Of a stretch of 64,000 nt of DNA, positions 63,091 to 64,000 are shown piece by piece. The stretch is taken from positions 9,796,001-9,860,000 of the forward strand of contig CM022665.1 in NCBI GenBank assembly GCA_012295275.1. Reading direction: 5' to 3'. The translations under genes and the position numbers were made by a program. Within the stretch, counting starts at the first letter, position 1. Each line of letters starts with the position of its first letter. The notes beneath the pieces are model-generated. The model searched no databases. It saw nothing but the letters and a program-made list of their open reading frames with translations, and was not told the DNA's origin. Origin of the DNA: Chrysomallon squamiferum. Its lineage: Eukaryota; Animalia; Mollusca.

Positions 63091-63799
63091 AATCATGCAC
63101 TGGGAAAAAAAATGAAAATGGTCAATAAAATGCCAATGTCCACTTGTTTTCATAAAAATTAACATTAATATTGTTCATCATCTTTAGTAAAACACATACT
63201 AAATAGGCATTTTCCCAGTAATAAATATTTTACAGTTTAGTATAGAGTAGTATTCATCTGTTTATTGACAGTAAGTCACAACACACACAGATTGGTATGG
63301 GGACCCCGGTGCTTGTGGGGTGCCTGGGCCCCTGCCTCAACACAGTCACCAAGCATGAGTGCTGTTTAATATACATAAAAATTCATTCAGTGTTTATAAA
63401 TACCTTCTATTTAGAACAGCTAACAAACACACTACCTAATAATAAATATTTCACCAGGAAAAAGGAAAAGGAATCTCATAATAATGGCTCTCATTCTGCT
63501 ATGTGATTTCCCATTAACATTATAATGGACAGTATTAACCACGGTAAACCACATGGCCTAAAATGAAGAGATCTGTATTAAGCACATTTTTTGTGTATCT
63601 TTGGAACACTGTTGAAAGTATATATAAATAAATTGTGTAAATATTATAATACATCGTTCAAAGTGTTTATTTTTAAATGTGAAGATAATTTATTTGTGTA
63701 GTAGTATGCTGGGAATAATAATAATAATAATATATTCAAATAAATACATAAAAATAAATGACTAAATGAAAGTATGTATGAATGAATAAATGAATAAAT

Positions 63800-64000
63800 G
63801 AATGAATGAATGGATTTATAAATAAATGAATACATGCTGTTCAACAACACCTCAGCACATCTTTATATCAACACCAGTTAGATGTTATTAATTAGCTTTT
63901 GTAATGATAGTAACAGAGAAAAATCCTTTACAACCACATAATGGACCATTGTAAGTGATTAGCAGCAAGTAATTCTTTTTCTATATCCTCTCATAAACAG
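63800..64000 (-). mobile_element. Decayed SINE-like copy (3' part; runs off window)
   Basis: (GAAT)n tail, aacaacacctcagcacat, gattagcagcaagtaattcttttt...cataaacag. Confidence 0.45.

Noticed and set aside
63098-63220. Short inverted repeat actgggaaaa...ttttcccagt
   Set aside because: Only ~10 bp and no clear target-site duplication; insufficient to call a MITE.
48780-64000. Hidden gene or transposase in the 15-kb upstream region
   Set aside because: No ORF with a recognisable domain and no consistent exon chain; only microsatellites, decayed tandem repeats, SINE-like copies and a MITE.

Overview
Very AT-rich, CpG-depleted, intron-rich animal genomic DNA, not prokaryotic. The SINE-like repeats and gene structure suggest a mollusc/gastropod, which is inference only. 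Three spliced protein-coding genes were reconstructed by hand with consistent exon phases. (1) The 5' part of an FSIP1-like gene lies on the - strand and runs off the left edge. (2) A complete BDH2/DHRS6 short-chain dehydrogenase lies on the + strand (9 coding exons, 246 aa), head-to-head with FSIP1 across a CpG-enriched, probably bidirectional promoter. (3) A complete KCNQ1 (Kv7.1)-type K+ channel lies on the - strand (14 coding exons, 587 aa), convergent with BDH2. The rest is introns, UTR and intergenic DNA with microsatellites, minisatellites (75, ~55, 39, ~27 bp units), decayed SINE-like copies and a 520-bp TA-flanked MITE. Almost all ORFs in the supplied track are repeat or AT-rich artefacts. 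I found no convincing new multi-gene system. The best leads concern KCNQ1 splicing and regulation: a GC-AG intron, a donor built from a minisatellite edge, a candidate 29-nt cassette exon next to a 75-bp array carrying splice-like motifs, and a PKA consensus site in the helix A-B linker.
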